Shown piece by piece: positions 49,008 to 58,503 of a stretch of 64,000 nt of DNA. Below the pieces are notes generated by a model. The model was not told where the DNA came from. It did no database searches and was given only the letters and a program-made list of their open reading frames with translations. Position 1 is the first letter of the stretch, and every line of letters begins with the position of its first letter. The translations under genes were made by a program, and so were the position numbers. Source of the stretch: Candidatus Marinacidobacterales bacterium (GTDB taxonomy: Bacteria; Acidobacteriota; Vicinamibacteria; Marinacidobacterales; DATDRI01); assembly GCA_965226495.1 (NCBI GenBank), contig OZ245365.1, forward strand, positions 5,344,001-5,408,000, given 5' to 3'.

Positions 49008-49757
49008 TCATTTCATATCCAGGCCGGAGTAAAGTGCCGGAAACCAGGCCACCGCAACCGCCAAGGCTAAACAACCCCAGCCGACCGCGCGAGGAAACGC
49101 CTCGTTGGTCGTCCACGTCTTTTCGATCGCGATCACCACGCTCAGAATCAACATTGCGCCAATGTTCATGACGCCGAACACAAACATGAGAACCATTAGC
49201 GCCCAGCAACACCCCAAACAGTAGGCTCCGTGGTGTGCGCCGACGCGAAAGTGGCGGAGCGTCCCACGCCACGACGCATATTCCAGAAGCAGAGAAAACG
49301 GAGCGCGGCACTTTGCAAGGCACCTGTACTTGATCGAGCTCGGCTGGTAGACGCCGCAAGTGGCGAAGGTCGTCGCGGCGACTAACTTGGCGACTGCGAC
49401 GTTATTGAGCACAACGAGCTCAACCAGTGACCAAGCCAACATGAAGGCCACCCCTCCGCTCGCCCCCCAGACGACGAGATAGCCGGTCGCGAAAGACGTC
49501 AGACCGAACCATTTTTGCGAATGAATCATCTTCGTGTACCTGGAAGCGAGCGGGGCCACGGACGGTAACATCATCGCCGCCATCATCAACGACCACATGG
49601 CAATGAAAGAAGGAAGAGACGTGCCCATGGCTCCAGGCATCTCCTCCATCGAGCGTGCTTGGCGCACGGTAACGGCCCACGCGGTGGCCGCCACTGTGAA
49701 TACCACCCCCGATGTGGGTGTCAGCCAGCTTCGGTCTGCAGGTCCGTTGTTCCCCAT
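49008..49757 (-). CDS. DUF2182 predicted metal-binding membrane protein
   Basis: MWSLMMAAMMLPS, KYRCLAKCRAP, YCLGCCWALM, IEK. Confidence 0.88.
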   Translation of the reverse strand: MGNNGPADRSWLTPTSGVVFTVAATAWAVTVRQARSMEEMPGAMGTSLPSFIAMWSLMMAAMMLPSVAPLASRYTKMIHSQKWFGLTSFATGYLVVWGASGGVAFMLAWSLVELVVLNNVAVAKLVAATTFATCGVYQPSSIKYRCLAKCRAPFSLLLEYASWRGTLRHFRVGAHHGAYCLGCCWALMVLMFVFGVMNIGAMLILSVVIAIEKTWTTNEAFPRAVGWGCLALAVAVAWFPALYSGLDMK

Positions 49758-50144
49758 CACTCGAACGCCTAGGGAACGGATGTCGAAGTGACCGTTGTCA
49801 TCCGCCACTCGCCATCCACTTTCTCGAAAGTCGAGGTGAAGGGCGAAATGAATTGGCGGTGACGGCCGCCGCCCGTTTCGTGATGCGGTCCGGCGAGCTC
49901 CTTGGCTCTTCTGCCGGCGGACACCCAATTGAGAGGACGAACATGGCGATTGTGGTGTCTTCGATCAACATGACGGTTACCCGGGCCGGAAGCCTTATCG
50001 TAGCCCACCGGCCGGGTGTCTGAAAACGTCGGTCCCCCACTGCGCCGTTTTTGGTCTAGAATAGAGCCCCCGTGGCAAGATGAACAGCCTGCGGTGGCTG
50101 TCAGTGCGTCGCCAAACGCCGCGTCCTAGGAGTCATTAGAGACA

Positions 50145-52013
50145 TTGAGCTCGACCAAAACCAAGAAAGAAGTCATCCGCGACGAGGCCCTGGAGCTCGA
50201 CCATCTCTATCAGACGGCCCCGGTAGGGCTTTGTCTGCTGGACCGGAACCTCCGCTACCTCCGGATCAACGAGTTGCTGGCCGAGATCCACGGCAAACCG
50301 GTCTCCGAGCACATCGGCCGATCCGTCCAAGAGGTCCTTCCGGCGCTGGCGCAAACCATCGTGCCGATGCACCAGAGGGTTCTCGAGACCGGGCAGCCCC
50401 TGCTCAATATCGATGTCCATGGGACGACTCCGGCGGAACCGGATGTGGAGAAGGACTGGCTGGCAAACCATTACCCGCTTTTGTCCGAGGACGGAAGTGT
50501 CGTTGGAATCAGCGTGGTGGTGCAAGACATAACCGAGCGGAAACGCGCCGAGCAGAGAGTGCGAGACAGCGAGGAGCTCCTCCGCGTCATGGCGGACGCG
50601 TTGCCGGCGCTCGTCGCCTACGTCGACTCCGAGCAGCGCTACCGATTCACAAACGCCGCCTACGAGGACTGGTTCGGCGTCTCCCGCAAGGAGTCTCGAG
50701 GACGTTTCATTAAGGACGTCCTCGGACAGAGCATGTACGAGAAGGTGCAGCCCCACGTGGAAACCGCGCTATCGGGCCAGAATGCAACCTTCGAAGTGGA
50801 GGTCCCTCACCCCGGCGGAGATCCCGGTGTCCTCGAGGCCACTCTCGTGCCGGACGCCCCGGATGGCGGCCGAGTGCACGGTTTCTACGTCTTGGCTCAC
50901 AACATCACGGCCCGTAAACGCACGGAAGTCGCACTCGCCAAAAGCGAGGAGCGACTGCGCCAACTCCTCGAGTCGACCAACGTCATTCCGTGGGAGGCAG
51001 AATGCAAGACTTGGCAGTTCACCTACGTGGGACCCCAAGCCGTCAGGATCCTCGGGTACCCGACCGACCGATGGTATGAACCCGACTTTTGGGCCGAGCA
51101 TATCCACCCCGAAGATCGGCGGAGTGCCCTCGAGTTCTGCGAAACTTCTTCGCAACTGTCCAGGGAGTACGAGTTCGAATATCGCATGATCTCATCGACG
51201 GGTTCGGTCGTTTGGCTCCACGACCTGGTAAGCGTGGAAAGCGAAAATGGCATTCCGGTAACACTCCGCGGCTTCATGGTCGACATCACCGAGCGCAAAC
51301 AGGCCGAAGAAGCGCTTCGCGAGAGCACCGCCGCACTTCGGCATAGCCACGCGCAGATCCAGCACCTCGCTGGCAAACTGATTGCCGCCCAAGAGGAGGA
51401 ACGGAAGCGCGTCGCTCGCGAGCTCCATGACGATGTAAATCAAAAACTGGCCGCCCTCGCCATCACCCTTAGTAAAATGAAAAAGGGCCTCGACCCATCA
51501 GATGGCGTTCACGATCAGGTGACGGAGCTTCAGAGACGAACCACCGAGTTGACCGACGACGTGCGACGACTATCTCACCGGCTCCATCCGGCGACCATGG
51601 AGCACGTTGGTTTGGTGGCGGCTTTGAAGTCTTATTGCGCGCAATTCAGCAGTAATGCAGGAATCCCGATTCAGATGAATCTTCCGGATGATTTGCAGCC
51701 GGTGTCTCCGGATGTCGCTCTATGTCTGTATCGGGTGACGCAAGAGTCACTTCAAAATATCAGCAAACACTCTGGAGCTCGGGAAGCGTGCGTTACGCTC
51801 ACGGAAGCGGATGGCGATCTCCGTTTACGCGTCTCCGACACGGGGGTCGGCTTCGACGTGCAGGGTGAAACGGCCAGAAAGGGCCTAGGGTTAGTCAGTA
51901 TGGAAGAGCGGGTGCGTCTAGTGGGAGGTACCTTGCTCTTGACGTCTCGCCCAGGAACGGGGACCGAGCTCGAGGCGAAAGTGCCAGCGCTCCCGGCGGA
52001 GGAGCTCGCGTGA
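50145..52013 (+). CDS. Cytoplasmic triple-PAS sensor histidine kinase (HisKA_3 type)
   Basis: Three PAS domains each ending [DN]IT.RK; ERKRVARELHDD, QESLQN, SDTGVGF, GLGLVSM. Confidence 0.93.
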   Translation: MSSTKTKKEVIRDEALELDHLYQTAPVGLCLLDRNLRYLRINELLAEIHGKPVSEHIGRSVQEVLPALAQTIVPMHQRVLETGQPLLNIDVHGTTPAEPDVEKDWLANHYPLLSEDGSVVGISVVVQDITERKRAEQRVRDSEELLRVMADALPALVAYVDSEQRYRFTNAAYEDWFGVSRKESRGRFIKDVLGQSMYEKVQPHVETALSGQNATFEVEVPHPGGDPGVLEATLVPDAPDGGRVHGFYVLAHNITARKRTEVALAKSEERLRQLLESTNVIPWEAECKTWQFTYVGPQAVRILGYPTDRWYEPDFWAEHIHPEDRRSALEFCETSSQLSREYEFEYRMISSTGSVVWLHDLVSVESENGIPVTLRGFMVDITERKQAEEALRESTAALRHSHAQIQHLAGKLIAAQEEERKRVARELHDDVNQKLAALAITLSKMKKGLDPSDGVHDQVTELQRRTTELTDDVRRLSHRLHPATMEHVGLVAALKSYCAQFSSNAGIPIQMNLPDDLQPVSPDVALCLYRVTQESLQNISKHSGAREACVTLTEADGDLRLRVSDTGVGFDVQGETARKGLGLVSMEERVRLVGGTLLLTSRPGTGTELEAKVPALPAEELA

Positions 52014-52711
52014 CGCGCCCTCGAGTGCTACTGGCGGATGACCACGCTATCGTCACCGAGGGCCTGAAGAGAGCATCCTGGACCCGGAGTTCGAGCTCGT
52101 AGGAACGGTGGAAGACGGCCGCGCCATGCTGCTCGCCGCCGAAGAGCTTCAACCGGACGTTATTGTCGCCGACATCACGATGCCCTCCTTGAACGGGCTC
52201 GATGCCGTTCGGCAGCTGAAAAAGAAGAACGCCAGAGCAAAAGTCGTCTTCTTGACCATGCATTCGGACGCCGACCTCGCGACGGAAGCGTTTCGGGCCG
52301 GAGCGTCTGGCTACCTTCTCAAGCAGTCGGCGTTCGTTTGCCATGCATTCGGACGCCGACCTCGTGCTGAAGGGTCGGGTTTATTTGACCGGTGAGGAGC
52401 TCATCACCGCCATCCACACCGTGCTGAAGGGTCGGGTTTATTTGACCCCGCTCATTCAGCAGGAGGTATTGGAAGCCTTCATGAAGGCCGGGGGCGAGCC
52501 CGAAAGGGCCTCGGTGGAGTTGACGGCACGCCAGCGAGAAGTCCTCCAGCTGGTCGCCGAAGGCCACACGATGAAGGAGATCGCTTCCGCCCTGAGCGTG
52601 TCGACGCGTACCGTGGAGTCGCACAAGTACGATCTAATGGAAAAACTGGGTCTCCAAACAACCGCGGAGCTGATCCAGTATGCCATCAAACGTGGGATCG
52701 TTTCCCTGTAA
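52010..52711 (+). pseudogene. NarL/FixJ family response regulator, disrupted
   Basis: RVLLADDH, DITMP, GYLLKQ, LTARQREVLQL..EG..KEIA; frameshift near 52070 and a ~58-bp insertion at ~52333-52390. Confidence 0.88.
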
Positions 52712-52763
52712 CCTCTTCTAAACCCGAACTTCCGCCGTTTCTCCGTAAAAATTCGTGGCGGAA

Positions 52764-52781
52764 ATCCGTAGTTTTACGGGT
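52764..52781. promoter_or_regulatory. Palindromic regulator box 1
   Basis: ATCCGTAGTTTTACGGGT upstream of the DUF4136 gene. Confidence 0.7.
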
Positions 52782-53007
52782 AGATTCGGCCCCCGCCGCC
52801 AGGGCAAACTTACAGCTCGCAGGGGGGGATATCAGAGCAGTGCAGCCCTCATGACTTTCCCATTGACGACCCGGCCCCGAGGGGCAGGCCGCCCCCCTGC
52901 ATCCTTTCTTTTTCTTAGAGATACTTCCCCTAACTCTACTAGGTTTGATTCACCGCCTTGTTGGGTGTACTTTTGTCACCCCTGAAAGCGATGCGGAAGG
53001 AGAGATT

Positions 53008-53532
53008 ATGAAAGGTTTGCGAACAGCACTTTGTCTCATCGTGATTCTGGTCGCAGCGACCGGATTCGCCCAAAAGATCACGACCGATTGGGACCACGGC
53101 GCGGATTTCACGAAGTTCAAGACCTACGCCTATGCGAAGGGAACCCCGGTCGAGGATCCGCTCATGGACCAGCGGGTGGTCGAAGCGATTGAAGCCGCCC
53201 TCGAAAAAGAGGGGATCAAGAAAGTCGACTCGAACCCCGACATGTATGTGACGTACCATGCGTCCGCCAAAGAGAACAAGCAGTACGTAACAGATAACTT
53301 TGGATACGGCTATGGTGCCCGTTGGGGCGGGGGCATGGGCACATCCACGACGCGCGCTTATACCTACGAGAAGGGCACGATCGTCATCGACCTCTGGGGC
53401 GCAGACGGGAAACAGCTGCTTTTCCGAGGTTCCGGAACGGATACTATCAGCGACAAACCGGACAAGAACATCAAGAAAATCCACAAGGTCGTCGAGAAAA
53501 TTTTCGCCAAGTACCCACCGAAGTCGAGCTAA
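53008..53532 (+). CDS. DUF4136 secreted protein
   Basis: Signal peptide; DFTKFKTYAY, YEKGTIVIDL, IFAKYPP. Confidence 0.88.
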   Translation: MKGLRTALCLIVILVAATGFAQKITTDWDHGADFTKFKTYAYAKGTPVEDPLMDQRVVEAIEAALEKEGIKKVDSNPDMYVTYHASAKENKQYVTDNFGYGYGARWGGGMGTSTTRAYTYEKGTIVIDLWGADGKQLLFRGSGTDTISDKPDKNIKKIHKVVEKIFAKYPPKSS

Positions 53533-53558
53533 CCGCGCTTCTTGATGGCCCGGTACGG

Positions 53559-53603
53559 CCCGAGATAGGGGCGCCCAACTAGGCGCCCCTATCTCGGGAT
53601 TTT
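53559..53603 (+). terminator. 17-bp perfect hairpin, probable terminator
   Basis: CCCGAGATAGGGGCGCC-caacta-GGCGCCCCTATCTCGGG-ATTTT. Confidence 0.7.
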
Positions 53604-53637
53604 ACGCGCCTTTTTCTCCGCAATTTTTCCTCGAAAA

Positions 53638-53655
53638 ATCCGTATTTCTCCGGAT
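53638..53655. promoter_or_regulatory. Palindromic regulator box 2
   Basis: ATCCGTATTTCTCCGGAT upstream of the receiver-only regulator. Confidence 0.6.
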
Positions 53656-53807
53656 GACGCGATACCCCCACGAATTGATAGCCTCTCCCGGTACGCGAGG
53701 GGTGGAAGCGCTTAAAGACTTACCCTCGTTCCCCTCCTGTTCAGAGGCGGGCAACGCTCCCGAGGGCGGGCGGTGCCCGCCCCCCCCGCGTCTTTGCCGA
53801 GGATACT

Positions 53808-54212
53808 GTGGAGCGCCTGCAAGTTCTGATCGCCGACGACAATGACATTTTGCTCGACGAAGTGCGTGCCATGCTCGAGCCCCAGTTCGATGTCGTCGCG
53901 CAGGTCGGAGATGGCGAGGCCCTGCTGGAGGCCGCGAGACGCCTCACACCGGACGTTCTCGTGGTGGACATTTCGATGCCCAACGTGAGCGGAATCGAGG
54001 CGGCGCGAAGGCTGCGGCAGGATGGCAGCGGCGCCAGAATTATCTTTCTGACGGCTCACCAGGATCCGGCACTCGTCGAGATCGCTTTCGAGGCCGGTGG
54101 CATAGGCTACGTCCTCAAAACATCTGCCGGTGAAGATCTGTTGCCCGCCATCGATGAGGCTCTCCGTGGACGCCGGTACGTTTCTCCGCTCCTCCGCGTC
54201 GAAACGACTTGA
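53808..54212 (+). CDS. Receiver-only response regulator (NarL-type receiver, no HTH)
   Basis: VLIADDN, VDISMP, FLTAH, YVLK; stops after YVSP. Confidence 0.88.
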   Translation: MERLQVLIADDNDILLDEVRAMLEPQFDVVAQVGDGEALLEAARRLTPDVLVVDISMPNVSGIEAARRLRQDGSGARIIFLTAHQDPALVEIAFEAGGIGYVLKTSAGEDLLPAIDEALRGRRYVSPLLRVETT

Positions 54213-54251
54213 GCTCTCTTCGGAGGGTCACCGGAATTTTTCCGTTAGAAT

Positions 54252-54269
54252 ATCCGTAGTTTTACGGAT
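54252..54269. promoter_or_regulatory. Palindromic regulator box 3
   Basis: ATCCGTAGTTTTACGGAT. Confidence 0.7.
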
Positions 54270-54378
54270 AGCCGGGGGCCTCGTCCTTGGGTAACATACT
54301 TGCTTGAGCTTCGTTCAAGGAAAGTTGCGGACCGCTAGCGCGATCCAGCATAGATCAAATCGAAAGGTGGAAAGCTCA

Positions 54379-54438
54379 ATGATTCGCTCGGGTGTTGAAG
54401 AGATCTTCGAGAAATACCCGCCAACGGCAGCAAAGTAA
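54379..54438 (+). pseudogene. C-terminal remnant of a second DUF4136 paralog
   Basis: IRSGVEEIFEKYPPTAAK* versus IHKVVEKIFAKYPPKSS* in 53008-53532. Confidence 0.6.
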
Positions 54439-54507
54439 CCAACCGTATTGCTGGCGAACAAGAAAAGCCCCCGCACAACAACTAGGCTAACAAGGAGGAT
54501 TGCTCGA

Positions 54508-55137
54508 ATGCTTCGAAATCTGTTCATCACACTGCCTGTACTATTTGCGCTCGGTTCTTCATCGGCTTGGGCACAGCCAAAGGTGGAGATCGCACCGTTC
54601 ATCGGATATCGATTCGCGGGCGGCGTGACACTGGAGGCCATCAACACCGATTTGAATCTCGATAGCAATGTGAGTTGGGGTCTCACCGTCGACGTCAACG
54701 TGACCGAAACCGTGGCGGTAGAGTTTCTCTACAGCCATCAGAAGTCCCTGCTCAAAGCCAAAGGTGGAATTTTCGGCCCGAGCACGGCTTTGGACGACGT
54801 CAACACCGATTACTACCACGGTGGTGTGCTATTCCATTTCAACGAGTACGACGAGCCAGTCCGTCCCTTTGTGGCGTTCTCACTCGGCGCCACTAACTTC
54901 AATCCCGATGTCGAGGGCCTGGATAGCACGACCAAGTTCTCCTTCGGATTCGGCGCCGGCGTGAAGTTCATGGCTAGTGACCACTTTGGGGCGCGCGTCG
55001 AGTTCCGAGGCTACTCCACGAACACCGATCTCACGCAAACCGGCTGGGTTTGCGGTTACATCACGTGCGGTCTGGTGACCGGCTCCCAGTATATCTTTCA
55101 GGGAGATCTGACAGGCGGAGTGATCATCGCCTTCTAA
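54508..55137 (+). CDS. Outer-membrane beta-barrel protein (OmpW/OmpA-like)
   Basis: AAGGAGG RBS, signal peptide, alternating beta-strands, terminal Phe. Confidence 0.88.
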   Translation: MLRNLFITLPVLFALGSSSAWAQPKVEIAPFIGYRFAGGVTLEAINTDLNLDSNVSWGLTVDVNVTETVAVEFLYSHQKSLLKAKGGIFGPSTALDDVNTDYYHGGVLFHFNEYDEPVRPFVAFSLGATNFNPDVEGLDSTTKFSFGFGAGVKFMASDHFGARVEFRGYSTNTDLTQTGWVCGYITCGLVTGSQYIFQGDLTGGVIIAF

Positions 55138-55155
55138 AAGCTCTTCTTCCTTCAT

Positions 55156-55187
55156 CCCTCTCCCTCTGGGAGAGGGTAGGGTGAGGG
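55156..55187. repeat. REP-like palindromic element
   Basis: CCCTCTCCCTCTGGGAGAGGGTAGGGTGAGGG. Confidence 0.6.
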
Positions 55188-55206
55188 CAAAGCAAGCACA
55201 CGCAAG

Positions 55207-55240
55207 AAAAGGGCGGCCGATCGTCGGCCGCCCTTTTTTT
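55207..55240. terminator. Bidirectional intrinsic terminator
   Basis: AAAA-GGGCGGCCGA-tcg-TCGGCCGCCC-TTTTTTT between convergent genes. Confidence 0.88.
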
Positions 55241-55257
55241 GTCATCAGAATCAGCTC

Positions 55258-56640
55258 TCAGAAAGACACCTGAAGCCTTCCTTGGAAAACCCACACCGGA
55301 TCCGCGGACTTGAGCTTGGCCCGGATCACGTTGAAGGCCAACCGGGTGGAGTAGGTGGGATACCAGTTCAAGGCGGCGGTTAGATCGTTGAGCTCACCTC
55401 CGGAGATGACCTTGTCGGTCATATCGACACGAGAGAAACGAAATGCGACCTCGAAAGCGCCGCGCCCACCCGAGCCGTCGCGCAACTCGTGCTTGGGATG
55501 AGGTCGCCCGAACCTACCCTCACCCGCGAGGTAGGGGCGTTTTTCGCCAGTGAGGAAATAGCTCCCCATGACGTAAAAGGCATAAAAGAAGAGATCCCCC
55601 TGGTCTTCGGTCTCGACGGAGGCCGGCACGAACTCGCCCTGAAACGACAAGCGGCCTCTTTGCACGGCATTTTCCACGACGGCAATGTTCACATGGTTGG
55701 CCGGAAACTCACCCGTATCCACAAAGTTTGGAGCTAAGTTGGACTCGGGCTGATAGGAGAACTCGATCGTCGGGTCGACGTTTCGCCGCCATAAATCGAT
55801 TCCAAGGTGTACCAGCGTCTTCCCACCTTTGGGATGGAAGGCGCCGGCGAAACGACCCGACGTACCGGCGTTGTCCGTATTCTTAAGATCTTCGCTTTCC
55901 GGCTGGAGGATTCCAATCGCCCATCGCACCTTTTTTCGTGGCGCGTCACCATAGAACAGCACGCCGGTGTTGCGGGCGGGGAGGAAGGCGCTGGTGAGGC
56001 TTCTCTCCATGAACGTCGTATTGTCGGCGGCGGTGTATCCTTCCAATCCGAGAGGTGCTCGAAAACGACCCCCGATGATCTGAAGAGTCGGGATCGGCAG
56101 CTCTCGGAGTCCAAAGTAGGCATCTTGAAGATTGGGCGGGTTGGAAGCGGTAAAGTCCCAGCGGAAACGGAAGTGGAAGTGCTTTCCGAACGTCCCCTCC
56201 GCGTCGAGGCGAGCGCGACGCCACTCGACTCCGTCTTCGATGGGAACGCCGAGAGCCTCCTCTGCGGACTCGGTGTTGGCGTATCCAGCGGTGTCATTTT
56301 GGATGTCAAAACCGAACTTCATCCTTAGATTGTTCCAGGTGGAATCTAGGTAAAGACCGTCGGCCCAGTAAAGAAAATCGTGCCATGCGGGCTTTTTCTT
56401 TTCGTCCTCGCCATCATCCTCGCTCTCCCCTGGCTCGTCGGAGTCTTCTTGCCCCTTCTCTTCCTTCTCGGACTGGTCGCGCGCCGACGCTTCCTGACCC
56501 TCCTGGTTCTGCCAAGGATTCTGGCTAGGCGATGCAGTGACCGGCAGAATCAGCGCTAGAACCAGGGCCACGATCGGCCTCGTGAAAGGCAGCAGAACTG
56601 TGGGCGGGCTACTCGCTTTAGACGTCGGCGCATCGTACAT
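55258..56640 (-). CDS. OprO/OprP family phosphate-selective porin
   Basis: EWRRARL, FMERS, FQGEF, SYFLTGE, GAFEVAFRFS, ALNWY, terminal F. Confidence 0.88.
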   Translation of the reverse strand: MYDAPTSKASSPPTVLLPFTRPIVALVLALILPVTASPSQNPWQNQEGQEASARDQSEKEEKGQEDSDEPGESEDDGEDEKKKPAWHDFLYWADGLYLDSTWNNLRMKFGFDIQNDTAGYANTESAEEALGVPIEDGVEWRRARLDAEGTFGKHFHFRFRWDFTASNPPNLQDAYFGLRELPIPTLQIIGGRFRAPLGLEGYTAADNTTFMERSLTSAFLPARNTGVLFYGDAPRKKVRWAIGILQPESEDLKNTDNAGTSGRFAGAFHPKGGKTLVHLGIDLWRRNVDPTIEFSYQPESNLAPNFVDTGEFPANHVNIAVVENAVQRGRLSFQGEFVPASVETEDQGDLFFYAFYVMGSYFLTGEKRPYLAGEGRFGRPHPKHELRDGSGGRGAFEVAFRFSRVDMTDKVISGGELNDLTAALNWYPTYSTRLAFNVIRAKLKSADPVWVFQGRLQVSF

Positions 56641-56749
56641 ATAGATCTCGAGACATCCGGGGCAGTGAATCCGGCACTAATTCAGGCTCCACTGACAACA
56701 CCACTAGCCGGCCTGGTAAGCCGGAGAGGTAATATAGCAAAAGAACAAC

Positions 56750-57412
56750 ATGAGATCTCGCGGCAGTACCGCTCGGGTATCGAATGTCGAGCCCTTCGGC
56801 CTAGAAGTACGAAACCTACCTAAGCCGGTATCGGGCAAGGACCTATTCGGGAACGAGCACCCTGTAGAGATGGAGGTCGGAGCCGGGAAGGGAGCCTTCC
56901 TCACCGAGGAAGCAAAGAATCGGCCCGCCGTGAACTTCATCGGCATCGAGCGTGCCACACGATACTGGCGCCTCGCCAGCGATCAAGTCCGTCGTCACGG
57001 CCGCTCGAACGTGCGGTTGATTCTCGTCGACGCCTACTACTTTCTCGACGCGTTCGTCCCCGACGACTTTTTGAGTGCCATCTACGTCCACTTTCCCGAC
57101 CCCTGGCCGAAGAAGCGTCATCAAAAGCGCCGTTTGATCCAACCGAAGTTCCTGCAAGCGGTGGCACGGGTTCTGACGCCCGGAGGCAGATTCCAAGCGG
57201 TGACCGATCACAAAGACTATTTCGATCACATGGTGGGCGCGGTCGGTTCTTCTTCCCTCCTGCAGAGCGAGTACCGGCCACCCTCAACCGCGGCAGCGGG
57301 GGAGCTGGTTGGCTCTAACTTCGAGAAAAAGTATCGCCTGGAGGGAAGAACTTCTTACGCGCTCGCGGCGGTGAGGGTAAACCAGCTCTCACGAATTCGG
57401 AAGCCAGGCTAG
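56750..57412 (+). CDS. trmB: tRNA (guanine-N7)-methyltransferase
   Basis: EMEVGAGKG, NFIGIE, FPDPWPKKRH, TDH..Y, NFEKKY. Confidence 0.93.
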   Translation: MRSRGSTARVSNVEPFGLEVRNLPKPVSGKDLFGNEHPVEMEVGAGKGAFLTEEAKNRPAVNFIGIERATRYWRLASDQVRRHGRSNVRLILVDAYYFLDAFVPDDFLSAIYVHFPDPWPKKRHQKRRLIQPKFLQAVARVLTPGGRFQAVTDHKDYFDHMVGAVGSSSLLQSEYRPPSTAAAGELVGSNFEKKYRLEGRTSYALAAVRVNQLSRIRKPG

Positions 57413-57469
57413 GACCGTTCCAACTCGATTGGCAACGGCCCGTCGCAGATCTCCGAGGTTGGACCGACC

Positions 57470-58420
57470 CTAGGCAGCCGCTTTCGACGAGATGCGACCC
57501 GTTTCCAAGATGTGCTTCGGAACCGATTTGAGATCCCAAATCAAGCCCAGCTTGGACAACACAACAAGTCCGTAGTAGGTCAGATCGACCTCGTACCAGT
57601 AGAATCCCTGGCGGGTTGCGGTTGGAAAATGGTGATGGTTGTTGTGCCAACCTTCTCCCATGGTCAGTAAGGCCAATATCAAATTGTTCTTGCTGGTATC
57701 GGTGGTCTCGTATCTCTGCCGTCCAAAAACGTGAGACAGAGAATTGATGGTGTAGGTGGCGTGCGCGAGTACAACCGTCGAGATAAAGAAACCCCAGACA
57801 AGCATCTGCATGCCATTGGTTCCGAGTTGAGGACTAACCTTGGCCAGGAGGGCGCCCAAGAAAAAAGTCGCCGTTCCAAGCAAGATGGGAACCAATACAT
57901 CGAACCGATCCAGAAACCTTAACTCTGGAAATTTCGCTAGGTCGGGGACCAAACGTATTTTGGTCGTGTCATTGCCGCGCGCGAAGACCCAACCGATGTG
58001 GCTATACCAGAAACCGTGCTTCGTCGGAGAGTGAACATCCTCGTCCTGATCGGAAAATAGGTGGTGTGTACGGTGGTGGGACGCCCACCACATGGGTCCC
58101 TTCTGAGTCGCGGAGCTGCCAAGTAAAGCGAACGCGAATTGGAACCAGCGAGACGTCTTGTAGGTCCGATGAGACAAGTAGCGGTGGTAGAAGCCAGTGA
58201 CGGCGAACATTCGCAGCCAGAACAACGCGAGGGCAACGCCTACAGCGACCGGGCTCCAGCCGACCCAGATGACGCCGAATACCATCAGATGAACGCCGAT
58301 GAAAGGCAGGGTCTTCCGCCATTGAATGCGCCTCCCCTCAGCCGGAAATTCACGAACACTCGAACGCTCTTTGTCTACGCTCGCTTCTTGCATTCCGAAC
58401 GTTACTCCTCTCCCCGCCAT
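57470..58420 (-). CDS. Acyl-CoA/acyl-lipid (delta-9 type) fatty acid desaturase
   Basis: His boxes HRYLSH, HRTHH, GEGWHNNHH. Confidence 0.92.
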   Translation of the reverse strand: MAGRGVTFGMQEASVDKERSSVREFPAEGRRIQWRKTLPFIGVHLMVFGVIWVGWSPVAVGVALALFWLRMFAVTGFYHRYLSHRTYKTSRWFQFAFALLGSSATQKGPMWWASHHRTHHLFSDQDEDVHSPTKHGFWYSHIGWVFARGNDTTKIRLVPDLAKFPELRFLDRFDVLVPILLGTATFFLGALLAKVSPQLGTNGMQMLVWGFFISTVVLAHATYTINSLSHVFGRQRYETTDTSKNNLILALLTMGEGWHNNHHHFPTATRQGFYWYEVDLTYYGLVVLSKLGLIWDLKSVPKHILETGRISSKAAA

Positions 58421-58503
58421 AAAGCTCCACCACTGGAGCTCGCCCTCACTGGAAGGGTCCCCGGCGCGTTCCTACACGTAATGGGACTCCCTGGGATCGA
58501 ACA

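Noticed and set aside
49769-50008. Possible SnoaL/NTF2-like remnant (FTSTFEKVDGEWR)
   Set aside because: A single short motif, too weak to call.
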